Sequence record: OQ417968.1
Source: Mycobacterium phage prophiT36-2b
Length of the DNA stretch: 37,655 nucleotides
Reading direction: 5' to 3' (one strand)
Below the pieces are notes generated by a model. That model was not told where the DNA came from and ran no database searches. It was given only the letters and a program-made list of their open reading frames with translations. Below are positions 8,211 to 17,533 of the stretch, one piece after another (positions within the stretch are counted from its first letter, which is position 1; each line of letters starts with the position of its first letter). The position numbers and the translations under genes were made by a program.

Positions 8211-8456
8211 GTGGTTGCACTCGTAGTTGCCGAGACCGTCCCACAGGCGACTCAGCTTGCCGTCGAACTAGGTATCAGTGCCGTCGCTGCCTCGCCGCGC
8301 AGCATCAAGGCTGGCGCCGGTCGCGGGCTCACGGACATAACGAAGATTGTTGTCGATGCCACGGTTTGGCCGCTGGCCTACGACATCCGCGAGCAGCTGG
8401 CACCCCATCAAGCGGCCATCGTTCGACACTGCGTCACGGAAAGGGGCAGGCAATGA
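8211..8456 (+). CDS. Hypothetical protein (~81 aa)
   Basis: In-frame GTG directly after the HNH stop, with GAAGGGAG RBS 8 nt upstream. Track ORF 8187..8456. Confidence 0.4.
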   Translation: MVALVVAETVPQATQLAVELGISAVAASPRSIKAGAGRGLTDITKIVVDATVWPLAYDIREQLAPHQAAIVRHCVTERGRQ

Positions 8457-8677
8457 ACGGCCACGTCACCCTCAACGTCACGACCGAGGTCACGGAATCG
8501 CACGTGATCACGCTGCTCGCCAACGGCCAGCCGATCGGCACCGTTGACTTGCGCCGGTACATGCCACGGCGAACGAAGCTCCGTCTTGCGATCAGTGGCC
8601 GTATCGGTCGGCTGCTGGCGCGCTTGACCCCCTGGGCGGGGTCGCCCAAGGGTGCAGGCTCTCGCCCCTCGCGGTAG
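8453..8677 (+). CDS. Hypothetical protein (~74 aa)
   Basis: ATGA overlap. Only the C-terminal portion of track ORF 8042..8677 (the N-terminal part is an Arg-rich wrong frame overlapping HNH). Confidence 0.4.
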   Translation: MNGHVTLNVTTEVTESHVITLLANGQPIGTVDLRRYMPRRTKLRLAISGRIGRLLARLTPWAGSPKGAGSRPSR

Positions 8678-8837
8678 TGCGGAAGCCCCCCCTGGCCGTT
8701 TTTGTTCAGATCCGCACGCCCTAGACCCCTAACGCCCGTTTTTTCTTGGCCACCAAGGCGATTCACCGAGGGTGAAACCGCCTGCGGTGCCGTTTCGTTT
8801 CAGCACAGGCGATTTGAGAGCCCGAAAGGAGGCAATC

Positions 8838-9272
8838 ATGAAGTTGGCAGCTGTGAATACCACCAGCGCGCCGCCGCCAGCGGCCCTCACCGACGATGGC
8901 CCCGGACAGGCGTTATGGCGCTCGATTGTCGATGCGTACACGCTGCGCCCTGACGAGCTGCGTCTACTGGCCGACGCGTGCGATCTGGCCGACCGGATCG
9001 CCTACCGCGAGAGTCGGGCCGCGCAGCTGCAACGCGAAGTCGGCACCAACCTGCTGATTCGTGGTTCCACCCGGCAGCCGGTCAAGAACCCGTTGATCGA
9101 TGAGGCCCGCCAGGAATTGGCCGAACAGCGCAAGGACCGCGTTGCCCTCAATGACCTGCTCGCGCGGCTCAAGCTGGCCGACTTGGAATCCGATGACGAC
9201 GAGGACGAAAACGAAGACGACTACGCCGCCGACCGGGACGGCAGCTCCCCAGACCGATCGGCGTCGGCGTAG
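8838..9272 (+). CDS. Putative terminase small subunit (144 aa), acidic C-terminus
   Basis: Strong RBS gaaaggagg. Internal start of track ORF 8772..9272. Position immediately upstream of terL and downstream of HNH. No diagnostic motif seen. Confidence 0.4.
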   Translation: MKLAAVNTTSAPPPAALTDDGPGQALWRSIVDAYTLRPDELRLLADACDLADRIAYRESRAAQLQREVGTNLLIRGSTRQPVKNPLIDEARQELAEQRKDRVALNDLLARLKLADLESDDDEDENEDDYAADRDGSSPDRSASA

Positions 9273-9670
9273 TGGCCACCAAGCGCAGCACCCGCCGCTC
9301 GGCGAACCGCTCGCATATGCGGGTGGTCCGTCCTGACGAGCGCGTCGCCGAGGCAGCGCAATCACCTGTTGCTGATGTGCCCGCCAGTGACGCGGCGCCC
9401 GAATCGGACAACCCCGCGCCGCCGACCGCAGACGGGGAGATGTCGCTGGCCGACGCGGTGGCCGGTGGCAACTATCAGGAGATTCTGCAAGCCCAGTCCC
9501 GCGACATCATCCGGGACCTGGCGGCTGCGACAGGGGCGTCTAAGGCCGCGCTGCATGGGCGCCTGATGACCATTTCCAAGGAAATTGAGAGCCTGAAATC
9601 CGCTCCGGGCGGCGAGAAGTCCGTCGTAGCCACCACCGACGATGAAACCTGGGACCCCGAAGCTATCTGA
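9272..9670 (+). CDS. Hypothetical protein, 132 aa
   Basis: ORF track. TAGTG overlap. Confidence 0.4.
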   Translation: MATKRSTRRSANRSHMRVVRPDERVAEAAQSPVADVPASDAAPESDNPAPPTADGEMSLADAVAGGNYQEILQAQSRDIIRDLAAATGASKAALHGRLMTISKEIESLKSAPGGEKSVVATTDDETWDPEAI

Positions 9671-11084
9671 GGTCGCCCGTCACATCGTTGCCCCGGCTGG
9701 GATCGTCTCGACCGGCTGGCCAGCGGTGCGCGACACGTGCAAGCGTCTCGGCTGGGAGTTCGACGGCTGGCAGGACGGCGCAGGTCGCCTGATCTTGAGC
9801 AAGCAGGCCGATGGCCTGTACGCCGCCGACACCATCGTGCTATCGATCCCCCGGCAGGTCGGCAAGACGTACCTAGTCGCGTGCATCATCTTCGCACTGT
9901 GCCTGATCAATCCGGGCCTGACGGTGATCTGGACCGCACACCGAAAGACAACTGCCGCTGAGACTTTCGAGTCATTCGCCGGTATGGCTGCACGGCCCAA
10001 GGTTGATCCACACATCAAGGACGTGCACCGTGCACGCGGCGACGAAAAGATCCTGTTCAACAATGGATCGCGAATCCTGTTCGGCGCCAGAGAGTCTGGA
10101 TTCGGTCGTGGCTTTTCCGATGTAGACATTCTGGTCTTTGACGAAGCGCAGATTATGACCGAGGCCACGTTGGAAGACATGGCTGCCGCGCAGAACGTAG
10201 CGACCAACCCGCTGACGTTCATGATGGGTACCCCACCGAGGCCCAAAGACCCCGGCGAGGTCTTCACCATGCACCGCCAAGAAGCACTCGACGGCGAAAC
10301 GACCGACACCCTATACATCGAAATGTCAGCCGACCGTGGTTGCAACCCGATGGACAGGTGCCAGTGGAGCAAGGCCAACGCGTCATACCCGCACCGCACA
10401 TCAGAGCGGGCCATGCTGCGGCTGCGCAAGAAACTCAAGTCCCTTGACTCCTGGCTACGGGAAGCCTTGGGGATCTGGGACGAAGTGTTGTTGCACCAGG
10501 CGGTCGTCACCGATGGGCTCTGGCGCGAGCTGATCGACATTGGCCCCGTGGACCATATCGCGCCAACGGGTATGGGCGTGGACATGTCCCACGCACTACA
10601 GATCTCGGTGAATGCCTGCTGGATCGAAGGCAAATCGGCTCACACCGAAGAGGTTTGGGCCGGAACCGATGTCAACGCCGCGATCGACTGGGTTGCCAAG
10701 GCCGCTGGCCGACGCATCGAAATCGTCATTGACGACCTGTCTCCGGCAGCGCAGATGATCCCCGGCCTCAAGGCACGCGGATGCAAAGTACGAAGGGGGA
10801 CAGCGCGAGATATGGCCAAGGGATGCCAACTGTTTGAGACCCGCGCCAAAGCGCCCAACCACGACCAGCTTAGCCACGCCGACCAGAAATCGGTCACCGA
10901 TGCACTCAAAGGCGCACGCAAACGGAAAATCTCGGACGCGGGCGGCTGGGGATGGGACCGCCGCGACTCCACCGCGATCATTCACCCGATCGTCGCGGCT
11001 ACCTTGGCGCTGCTCGCTGCTACCGAAAAGCACAGACCCGCAAAAGATTCCACGCGATCAGGAAGGAGGGCCGGGGTTCTATGA
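9642..11084 (+). CDS. terL: Terminase large subunit, 480 aa
   Basis: Walker A PRQVGKT, Walker B ILVFDEAQ. ATPase then nuclease-type C-terminal half. Start may be slightly downstream of 9642 (29-nt overlap with the upstream gene). Confidence 0.85.
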   Translation: MKPGTPKLSEVARHIVAPAGIVSTGWPAVRDTCKRLGWEFDGWQDGAGRLILSKQADGLYAADTIVLSIPRQVGKTYLVACIIFALCLINPGLTVIWTAHRKTTAAETFESFAGMAARPKVDPHIKDVHRARGDEKILFNNGSRILFGARESGFGRGFSDVDILVFDEAQIMTEATLEDMAAAQNVATNPLTFMMGTPPRPKDPGEVFTMHRQEALDGETTDTLYIEMSADRGCNPMDRCQWSKANASYPHRTSERAMLRLRKKLKSLDSWLREALGIWDEVLLHQAVVTDGLWRELIDIGPVDHIAPTGMGVDMSHALQISVNACWIEGKSAHTEEVWAGTDVNAAIDWVAKAAGRRIEIVIDDLSPAAQMIPGLKARGCKVRRGTARDMAKGCQLFETRAKAPNHDQLSHADQKSVTDALKGARKRKISDAGGWGWDRRDSTAIIHPIVAATLALLAATEKHRPAKDSTRSGRRAGVL

Positions 11085-12526
11085 CCTCCACAGGAAACGC
11101 ACAAGTCCGGTTGCCCAAGGTGAACAGCGATACAAACGACCTGATTAACGGACTGCTGGGCGAGCTGGAGGCGCGCCGACCACGTAACTACCTGCGCGCC
11201 TGCTACTACGACGGTCGCCGCGCCGTCCGCAAGTTCGGCTCGGGCGTCGTACCACCGGAGTATTTCAAGATCGGAATCGTGCTCGGCTGGTCGGCCAAGT
11301 CGGTGGACATCCTGGCGCGGCGCTGCAACCTCGACGGCTACACCTGGTCTGGCGGCGACCTGGACTCACTGGGCTATCAGGAAGTCATGGACGAAAACTT
11401 TTTCAGCGCAGAATCTTCCAGCGCTATCGTCTCATCCTTGATCCATGGCCCGGCGTTCCTGATCAACACCACCGGCGACGAATACGCCGACGAACCCGCG
11501 TCGCTGATACACGTGGCCGACGCCATGAACGCGACCGGCGAAATGAACGGGCGCACACGCCGACTGGACAACCTGCTCTCCGTACTCAAGCGCGACGAGG
11601 AACGCAACCCACTGAGCCTGGTGCTCTACCTGGACGGCCTCACGCTCACCGCCCGCAGGGACAAGGTCAGTGCGCGCTGGTCGGTGGAGTGGACACCGCA
11701 CCCGTGGGGTGTGCCCGCCGAGGCAGCCGTATACAAGCCCCGAGTCGGACGCCCATTCGGTGCCTCGCGCATCTCACGCGTCGTGATGAGCCTGCACGAT
11801 CGCGCCCTGCGGGTCGTGATTCGCATGGAAGGGCACGCCGACCTGTTCTCCTACCCGGAACTGTGGATGCTCGGCGCCGACCCCAGGGAAGTCCTCGCCG
11901 ATGAAAACGGCAACCCGCTACCGACCTGGAAAGCGATGATGGCCCGTATCAAGGGCATTCCCGACGATCCTGACGCCGCCAGTGACGCACTCTCGCGCGC
12001 CGAAATCCAACAGTTCCAACAGTCTTCACCGGCCCCGCACATCGACCTGTTCGCCCAATGCGCCAACGATTTCGCCGGCGAAACCGACCTTCCAGTTACC
12101 GCGCTGGGTGTACAGGCCAAGACGAACACCACCACCGCCGACGGCTCGGACAACGCCGAAAAGCAGCTCATTGCCGAGGCCGAAGGCGCCACTGACGACT
12201 GGTCCCCGGCGTTTCGCCGCTGCATGGCGCGCGCGCTGGCCATCAAGAACGACCTAGACGAAATCCCGCCCGCACTGGCCAGTCTGGCCACCAAGTGGCG
12301 ACCGCATGGCTATCTATCCCGTTCTGCGGCAGCCGATGCCGGAATGAAGCAGCTGGCCGCGGTGCCCTGGCTCGCCGAAACCGAAGTCGGATTGGAACTG
12401 CTGGGCCTGAGCGATTCGCAGATCGCGCGGGCCTTAGCCGCCCGACCGAAAACAGCTGTACAACAGGTAGATTCGGTGGCCGACGACACCGGCACCGGCA
12501 CCGGCACCGGCAATAGCCCTTCCTAG
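11081..12526 (+). CDS. Portal protein (~481 aa)
   Basis: ATGA overlap with the terL stop. Size and position. Trimmed from track ORF 10952..12526. C-terminus encodes (TG)4 from a GGCACC hexamer repeat at ~12487-12512. Confidence 0.75.
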   Translation: MTSTGNAQVRLPKVNSDTNDLINGLLGELEARRPRNYLRACYYDGRRAVRKFGSGVVPPEYFKIGIVLGWSAKSVDILARRCNLDGYTWSGGDLDSLGYQEVMDENFFSAESSSAIVSSLIHGPAFLINTTGDEYADEPASLIHVADAMNATGEMNGRTRRLDNLLSVLKRDEERNPLSLVLYLDGLTLTARRDKVSARWSVEWTPHPWGVPAEAAVYKPRVGRPFGASRISRVVMSLHDRALRVVIRMEGHADLFSYPELWMLGADPREVLADENGNPLPTWKAMMARIKGIPDDPDAASDALSRAEIQQFQQSSPAPHIDLFAQCANDFAGETDLPVTALGVQAKTNTTTADGSDNAEKQLIAEAEGATDDWSPAFRRCMARALAIKNDLDEIPPALASLATKWRPHGYLSRSAAADAGMKQLAAVPWLAETEVGLELLGLSDSQIARALAARPKTAVQQVDSVADDTGTGTGTGNSPS

Positions 12527-12616
12527 CGCGCTGTCTCGCGCACTGGCCGCGAGCGCGGCCCCCTAGACCACCCCAGCCGCAACGGCAGGGGCTTACCCGA
12601 AACGGGAGAACAACGC

Positions 12617-13204
12617 ATGTCCGAAAACAACGATCTGCCCATCCACCCCAGAACCGGTCTACGTGCCATAGGCATCGGTAAGCGCGGCCCCTGGTGGCCG
12701 GTCGCAGGTGGTAGCAGTGACGGTGATGGAAGCGGCAGCGACGGTGCTGGCGACGGTGGCGATCCCGCAACGGGATCGCCAAGTGACGGCGATGGTAACG
12801 GCGATCCGAACGAAACCGAAACGGTCGACTTCTGGAAAGCCAAGGCGCGCATGCAGGAATCGCGCGCCAAGACCAACGCGCAAGCGGCCATACAGCTCGC
12901 CGAGGCCAACAATCGTGCCAGCGCAGCAGAAGCCGAAGCGGCCACCGTGCCCGCCAAGGTGGCCGAAGCGCTCAAGGCGCATCTGGTGTCACGACACGAC
13001 ATTGCGGCCGAAGACGCCGAATTGTTCCTCACCGCAGCAGATCCCGACCTGTTGATCAAGCAGGTCGATCGACTGCTGGGTCCATCGGTCAAGCGCCGCA
13101 AGAACAACAACTACGTGCCCGACCAGGGCAACGGAAAACCCGACGCCGGAAAGCCAAGCGCAATGGTCGATTTCACGCGAACGCTGTTCGGCAAAGACAC
13201 CTAA
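12617..13204 (+). CDS. Scaffolding protein, 195 aa
   Basis: Between portal and capsid. Gly/Asp-rich N-terminus, Ala-rich helical C-terminus. RBS aacgggagaa. Confidence 0.65.
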   Translation: MSENNDLPIHPRTGLRAIGIGKRGPWWPVAGGSSDGDGSGSDGAGDGGDPATGSPSDGDGNGDPNETETVDFWKAKARMQESRAKTNAQAAIQLAEANNRASAAEAEAATVPAKVAEALKAHLVSRHDIAAEDAELFLTAADPDLLIKQVDRLLGPSVKRRKNNNYVPDQGNGKPDAGKPSAMVDFTRTLFGKDT

Positions 13205-13216
13205 GGAGAAACCATC

Positions 13217-14137
13217 ATGACCGTTTTGACCAGTTCAGCACTCGAATTGCCCGACGAGATCCTTGACCCCTGGCTGGGCAAGGTCAAGTACGGGTCCACC
13301 ATCGCCACCCTGTCGGGGGCCGAGCCGATGAAGTTCGGCACCGGCTCGTACATGAGCTTCGACATCGGGGAAGCCGAGTACGTCGGGGAAGGCACCGCCC
13401 ATGGGCCTTCGACGATCACCCCGACCCGCAAGAAGACCAAGCCGTACAAGTTCCACAAGACGGTGCGCTGGACCGAAGAGGTCAAGTACGCCGATGAGGA
13501 TCAGCAGTTGGACGCCATCAAGCAGATTCTGGCCCTGATCCAGCCGTCGCTGTCGCGGGCTCTGGATTTCGGCGTGTTCCACGGGATCAACCCCGCCAGC
13601 GGCGAAGCGGTCACCGCGATGGAAGAGCATCTGTCGCAGACCACCAACTCCGTGGAAATCACCTCGGGTGACTTCCCTCAGCTGAATCTGGACGCCGCCG
13701 ACGCGCTGGTGTTGGCCGACCGGTTCATGCCCAGGGACGTGGCGCTGGACCCCACGTATGCGGGCGTGTTCGGCAGTGTCCGCTTGCCGGTGGCCACGGG
13801 CGAGCAGGTCGGGCCGAAGATGTACCCCGATCTGGTCTATGCCACCGCACCGGCTGGGCGTCTGGAGAACCACAACAGCTCGGTTTCCGACACGGTGGGC
13901 GCCGTGGGGATCGCGGATGTGGCCACCAACGTCAAGGCATTCGTCGGTGACTTCTCGGCGATCCGCTGGGGTATTCAGCGGGCCATCGGGCTGGAGCTGA
14001 TCGAACACGGTGACCCGGACGGTCAGGGCGACCTCAAGCGCAACGGCGAGGTCGCTTTCCGCGCCAAGGTCATCTACGGCTGGGGCATCGCTGATCTGAG
14101 CGCTTTCGCCAAGATCGTTGATGCGGTCGCGGGCTAA
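13217..14137 (+). CDS. Major capsid protein (HK97 fold-like), 306 aa
   Basis: Strong RBS taaggagaaacc. Size and position after scaffold. Confidence 0.8.
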   Translation: MTVLTSSALELPDEILDPWLGKVKYGSTIATLSGAEPMKFGTGSYMSFDIGEAEYVGEGTAHGPSTITPTRKKTKPYKFHKTVRWTEEVKYADEDQQLDAIKQILALIQPSLSRALDFGVFHGINPASGEAVTAMEEHLSQTTNSVEITSGDFPQLNLDAADALVLADRFMPRDVALDPTYAGVFGSVRLPVATGEQVGPKMYPDLVYATAPAGRLENHNSSVSDTVGAVGIADVATNVKAFVGDFSAIRWGIQRAIGLELIEHGDPDGQGDLKRNGEVAFRAKVIYGWGIADLSAFAKIVDAVAG

Positions 14138-14139
14138 CC

Positions 14140-14310
14140 ATGCCCCGTTACCGCACTGAGACCGGTGTGGTCGTGTGTGTGCCGGTGGAGAAGGCGCAGC
14201 GTATTGGCGGGCTTACCCCCGTCGATACCGAGGCGCCTTCTCCCCGGCCCGCCGCGAAGCGTCCGGGCTCCAAGGCTCCCCGCCGCTCCGCACAGGGCGA
14301 GCAGTCATGA
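14140..14310 (+). CDS. Small basic protein, 56 aa
   Basis: Manual translation MPRYRTETGVVVCVPVEKAQRIGGLTPVDTEAPSPRPAAKRPGSKAPRRSAQGEQS. ATGA-coupled to the next gene. Below track cutoff. Confidence 0.35.
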   Translation: MPRYRTETGVVVCVPVEKAQRIGGLTPVDTEAPSPRPAAKRPGSKAPRRSAQGEQS

Positions 14311-14804
14311 CCGCACCACGCCCACCGCTGATCGCCCCCGCCGATCTGACCGCGTTCGCCGACATCGCCGAGGCCAAGGCCAAGGAGATGTGCGAGGACG
14401 CGATCGCGCTCGCGGGCCTGAGCGCGCCATGCCTGGACGCCGACAACTTGGACCCCAAGAAGGCCCGCGAGGCCAAAGCCATCTTGCGTGGTGCGGTCCT
14501 GCGCTGGAATGAAGCAGGGCAGGGCGGGCGCACACAGGTCAGCGAGACCACCGGCCCGCACCAGTACACCGAGACGTTCGATGCGCCCTCGCCGCGCCGT
14601 CATCTGCTGTGGCCCTCGGAAATCGCCGACCTACAGAAGATCTGCGCCAAGGGCGGCACCCGCGCCGCATGGAGCTACGACACCGCAGGCGGCTCCGGTA
14701 TGCGCCACGGAGATACCTGCGCCATCAATCTCGGGGCCACGTTCTGCGACTGCGGCACGATCTACAACGGCGGCGATGGCCCACTGTGGGACACCGATGA
14801 ATAG
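14307..14804 (+). CDS. Head-tail connector / adaptor protein (~165 aa)
   Basis: In-frame ATG of track ORF 14175..14804, overlapping the small ORF's stop. Gene order. Confidence 0.55.
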   Translation: MTAPRPPLIAPADLTAFADIAEAKAKEMCEDAIALAGLSAPCLDADNLDPKKAREAKAILRGAVLRWNEAGQGGRTQVSETTGPHQYTETFDAPSPRRHLLWPSEIADLQKICAKGGTRAAWSYDTAGGSGMRHGDTCAINLGATFCDCGTIYNGGDGPLWDTDE

Positions 14805-14828
14805 CGCACATCAGCGGCAGGCGCAGCC

Positions 14829-15158
14829 GTGAGCGCCCGCGAGACCGTGATTGTCACACCGACATTCGGTTACGACGATGACGGAGAACCCAGACCGGAC
14901 GGCACACCGTTCCCGCTCACCCCCAAGTTCGTCGCACCTGGTAACACGTTGCGCGAGTTCGGTGTAGGCGGCGACCTGGAACAGGCCGACTTCACGGTCT
15001 TTTTGGAGCTGACCGACCGGGGCAAGGTCAAAGACGACTACCGAATCGAAGTGCGCGACAAGGATTGCTTTGCCCGCGTGCAGGATTGGGTATCGCCTCG
15101 GACCGGGCGCGGCGTTGTGGCTGTGCTGGCCACCAGCGGAACGGGGCGCAGCAAGTGA
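14829..15158 (+). CDS. Head-tail joining protein, 109 aa
   Basis: ORF track. Gene order. Confidence 0.5.
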   Translation: MSARETVIVTPTFGYDDDGEPRPDGTPFPLTPKFVAPGNTLREFGVGGDLEQADFTVFLELTDRGKVKDDYRIEVRDKDCFARVQDWVSPRTGRGVVAVLATSGTGRSK

Positions 15159-15544
15159 CCCGAGTGCAGGCCGAGGTGCGCGGCGCGGTCAAGGACTGGC
15201 TGGCCGGCCAAAATCTGGGTGCCACCGTGGCGCTGTCGGTGCCCACCGACTGGACTGCACGCAAGGGGCCGCTGCTGATCGTCGCCGACGACGGCGGCCC
15301 GGTGCGCCTGCCGATCAAGTCCCGGCACACCGTCAGGCTTACCGCCTATGCGCCAGGCCCCACCGAGGCGCGACGCATCGCCACTGTCGCGGCGGGCAAG
15401 CTCGCCGAATCTGCGCCGCGCCCCGAAGGCATCGCACACGTAAGCAAGGACATCGGGGGTGTGCTCGATGCCCGCGACAAAGAAACCGGCGCCTATCTGG
15501 CATCGGTGCTGGTGCCTGTGACCGCCCGGACTGTGGAGGTGTAG
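15155..15544 (+). CDS. Tail component / head-tail joining protein (~129 aa)
   Basis: GTGA-coupled start inside track ORF 15065..15544. Confidence 0.5.
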   Translation: MTRVQAEVRGAVKDWLAGQNLGATVALSVPTDWTARKGPLLIVADDGGPVRLPIKSRHTVRLTAYAPGPTEARRIATVAAGKLAESAPRPEGIAHVSKDIGGVLDARDKETGAYLASVLVPVTARTVEV

Positions 15545-15787
15545 ATGTCGAATTTCAAGCTGAACCGCAAAGGCGGCGCGGAAGTACTCAAAGAGCTTGC
15601 CGCCCAGCAGATCAACGCTATCGCCAAGCAGATCGCCGCCCAGGCCGGACCGGAGGCCGAAGTGGACGAGTACACCACCGACCGCGCCGCCGCCGCCGTG
15701 CGCGTACCCGCCGACCAGCAGGCCAAAGACGGCGCACTGACCCGCGCGGCAGCCGCCGCGGGCCTAGAAGTACGCCTCAAACAGTAA
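15545..15787 (+). CDS. Tail terminator-like small protein, 80 aa
   Basis: ORF track. TAGATG coupling. Confidence 0.5.
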   Translation: MSNFKLNRKGGAEVLKELAAQQINAIAKQIAAQAGPEAEVDEYTTDRAAAAVRVPADQQAKDGALTRAAAAAGLEVRLKQ

Positions 15788-15814
15788 CCACTGCAACGCA
15801 ATTCACAAAGAGCT

Positions 15815-15845
15815 GACCCCGTCAAATCTGGCGGGGTCTTTTGTT
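15815..15845 (+). terminator. Rho-independent terminator: GACCCCG-loop-CGGGGTC followed by TTTTGTT
   Basis: Read from sequence immediately before the major tail gene. Confidence 0.7.
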
Positions 15846-15886
15846 GGCCCGCAAGGGCTGTTAGCCCTTGAAGGAGGGAAAATCAC

Positions 15887-16699
15887 ATGGCACCAACCAT
15901 CAATCCCGACGCCACCCTGATCCCGGACAAGGCCGAAGTGTGGGTCGTCCTGGCATCGGATGTCGACAACATCGCCGACATCTTCCCGGAGACTCCGGAC
16001 GCCGACCTGGACCCACTGTGGGGATTCACCGGCCTGATCGATGAGAAGAAGGGCATCCCCCTCAATCCGTCCTCGGAAGTCAAGGAGTACAACGGATTCG
16101 GTCATCCCCGGTTCCGGGTCAAGATCAAGAACGGCAAGCTCGAAACCGGCTTCACCGCACTGGAAAACAACAAGGTCACCAAGAAGATCGTGTTGCCCGG
16201 TTCGGCGCCCAACAAGATCGGCATTCCCAAGGACGTACAGGTCTACGTGCTGTACCGATACGTCGATGAGGCCACCGAGCAGGGCCAGATCGTCTGGGTG
16301 ACACTGACCCCGGCCCCGGTAGAACTCAAGGCACACGGCGGCGTCATCGAAGGCGAATTGTCCTACGCCGAGCTGGTTGTGCACCACACCGCCGACGCCA
16401 ACGGCGACGTATTCGAGGTGATCGACGCCTCCGCCGATGATGTCACCAAGACGTTCACGATCGATCCCACCGTGACCGCCTACACCGCCACCGTGGGCGC
16501 GGACACCACCACATCGATCACGGCCTTGACGGCGTACGCATTGCAGTCCGCGTTGCGTCTGCTGCCGTCCGTGGAAGCGCTGCCCGAACCGGGCGTGAGC
16601 GTGGAAGGCACGACCGGAGGCCCGCTGGTGGCCACCTTCACCGCCCCGGTGGGCACGGTGAGCGCCACCGGCACGGGCGGCACGGTCGCCGTCTCCTGA
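15887..16699 (+). CDS. Major tail subunit, 270 aa
   Basis: RBS gaaggaggg. Flanked by terminators. Thr/Ala-rich C-terminal extension. Confidence 0.75.
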   Translation: MAPTINPDATLIPDKAEVWVVLASDVDNIADIFPETPDADLDPLWGFTGLIDEKKGIPLNPSSEVKEYNGFGHPRFRVKIKNGKLETGFTALENNKVTKKIVLPGSAPNKIGIPKDVQVYVLYRYVDEATEQGQIVWVTLTPAPVELKAHGGVIEGELSYAELVVHHTADANGDVFEVIDASADDVTKTFTIDPTVTAYTATVGADTTTSITALTAYALQSALRLLPSVEALPEPGVSVEGTTGGPLVATFTAPVGTVSATGTGGTVAVS

Positions 16700-16710
16700 T
16701 CGAACCACCC

Positions 16711-16748
16711 GCACCGGGCCGGGACATCCGACTCCCCCGGCCCGGTGC
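16711..16748 (+). terminator. 13-bp-stem GC-rich hairpin (GCACCGGGCCGGG / CCCGGCCCGGTGC), no T-tract (mycobacterial I-shaped terminator type)
   Basis: Read from sequence after the major tail gene. Confidence 0.55.
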
Positions 16749-16808
16749 GGGGCTCCACATCAGCGAGTCGGCCCCCCAACCCATTCACACAAGGAGTCGA
16801 AGACAATC

Positions 16809-17138
16809 ATGACCACCACACCCCGCAAGAGCACACCGCGCAAGCGCGTACCGGCGAGCGCCCCCAGGCCCACCGATCACCTCCCGCCCAAGAGCGCTCG
16901 CCAGGCAGAAGCCGAAGACGGATTCGTGATCGTGGAGCAGTGCGGCATGGCGCTGCGTATCCCCATCGGCGGCAAGGTGCCGCTGGAGGCGTTCATCGCG
17001 TTCAAAGCTGGAGACGAAATCGGCGGAACTGAGCTGCTCCTCGGCGAGGAACAGTGGGCCGAATTCCTCAAACGCAAGCCAACTCTGGATGACTTCAACG
17101 ACATCGGGCGCGCACTGAATGAGGCTGCGGGAAACTAG
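16809..17138 (+). CDS. Tail assembly chaperone (gpG-like), 109 aa
   Basis: RBS caaggagtcg. Position before the tape measure gene. Confidence 0.75.
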   Translation: MTTTPRKSTPRKRVPASAPRPTDHLPPKSARQAEAEDGFVIVEQCGMALRIPIGGKVPLEAFIAFKAGDEIGGTELLLGEEQWAEFLKRKPTLDDFNDIGRALNEAAGN

Positions 17139-17533
17139 CAAGCCTCTGCCGCCTGCTCGATGAGCACGGCGACGCCATAGAGGCCGACTTGCTGCGGTTC
17201 TACCGCATTGATCTACTGGATTTCTACCGAGGGACGTTGACAGCACGCCGTATTCGCGTGCTGCTCAACCATTTACCGCACAACTCCGCGCTCATGCGCG
17301 CCCTCAATGGTGGACGGCCCGGATGGTCGGTGACCGATCACCTGCTGGCCGACCTGTGGGTACTGATCCTGAGGGCAATCACACGCGGGGAATCCACAAT
17401 CGAGGACCATCCGGTACGCGCCGCGATGCTCGAAAAGGCGCAAGCCGCCGCCAAACTCGCCAGCATCGCCGAACTACGCGAACGGTTCACCAGGCGTAAA
17501 CGACTGTACGCAAAGACATCTGGAGGTGAATAA
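16809..17533 (+). CDS. Tail assembly chaperone G-T fusion produced by -1 frameshift at 17129-17135
   Basis: Track ORF 17189..17533 (TTG start) is the -1 frame continuation. Canonical G/GT arrangement upstream of the tape measure gene. Confidence 0.65.
17129..17135 (+). promoter_or_regulatory. -1 programmed frameshift slippery heptamer G_GGA_AAC in the zero frame of the chaperone gene
   Basis: G frame reads GCG GGA AAC TAG. The -1 frame is open from 17123 through 17533 (stop TGA 17120-17122 just upstream). Confidence 0.7.

Noticed and set aside
8042-8452. N-terminal part of ORF 8042..8677
   Set aside because: Arg/Cys/Thr-rich frame overlapping HNH and the next gene. Only the ATGA-coupled C-terminal segment from 8453 looks genic.
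12487-12512. (GGCACC)n hexamer repeat, and other short tandem repeats, as possible CRISPR or satellite
   Set aside because: Four contiguous units without spacers inside the portal ORF, encoding (TG)4. No repeat-spacer architecture exists anywhere in the window.
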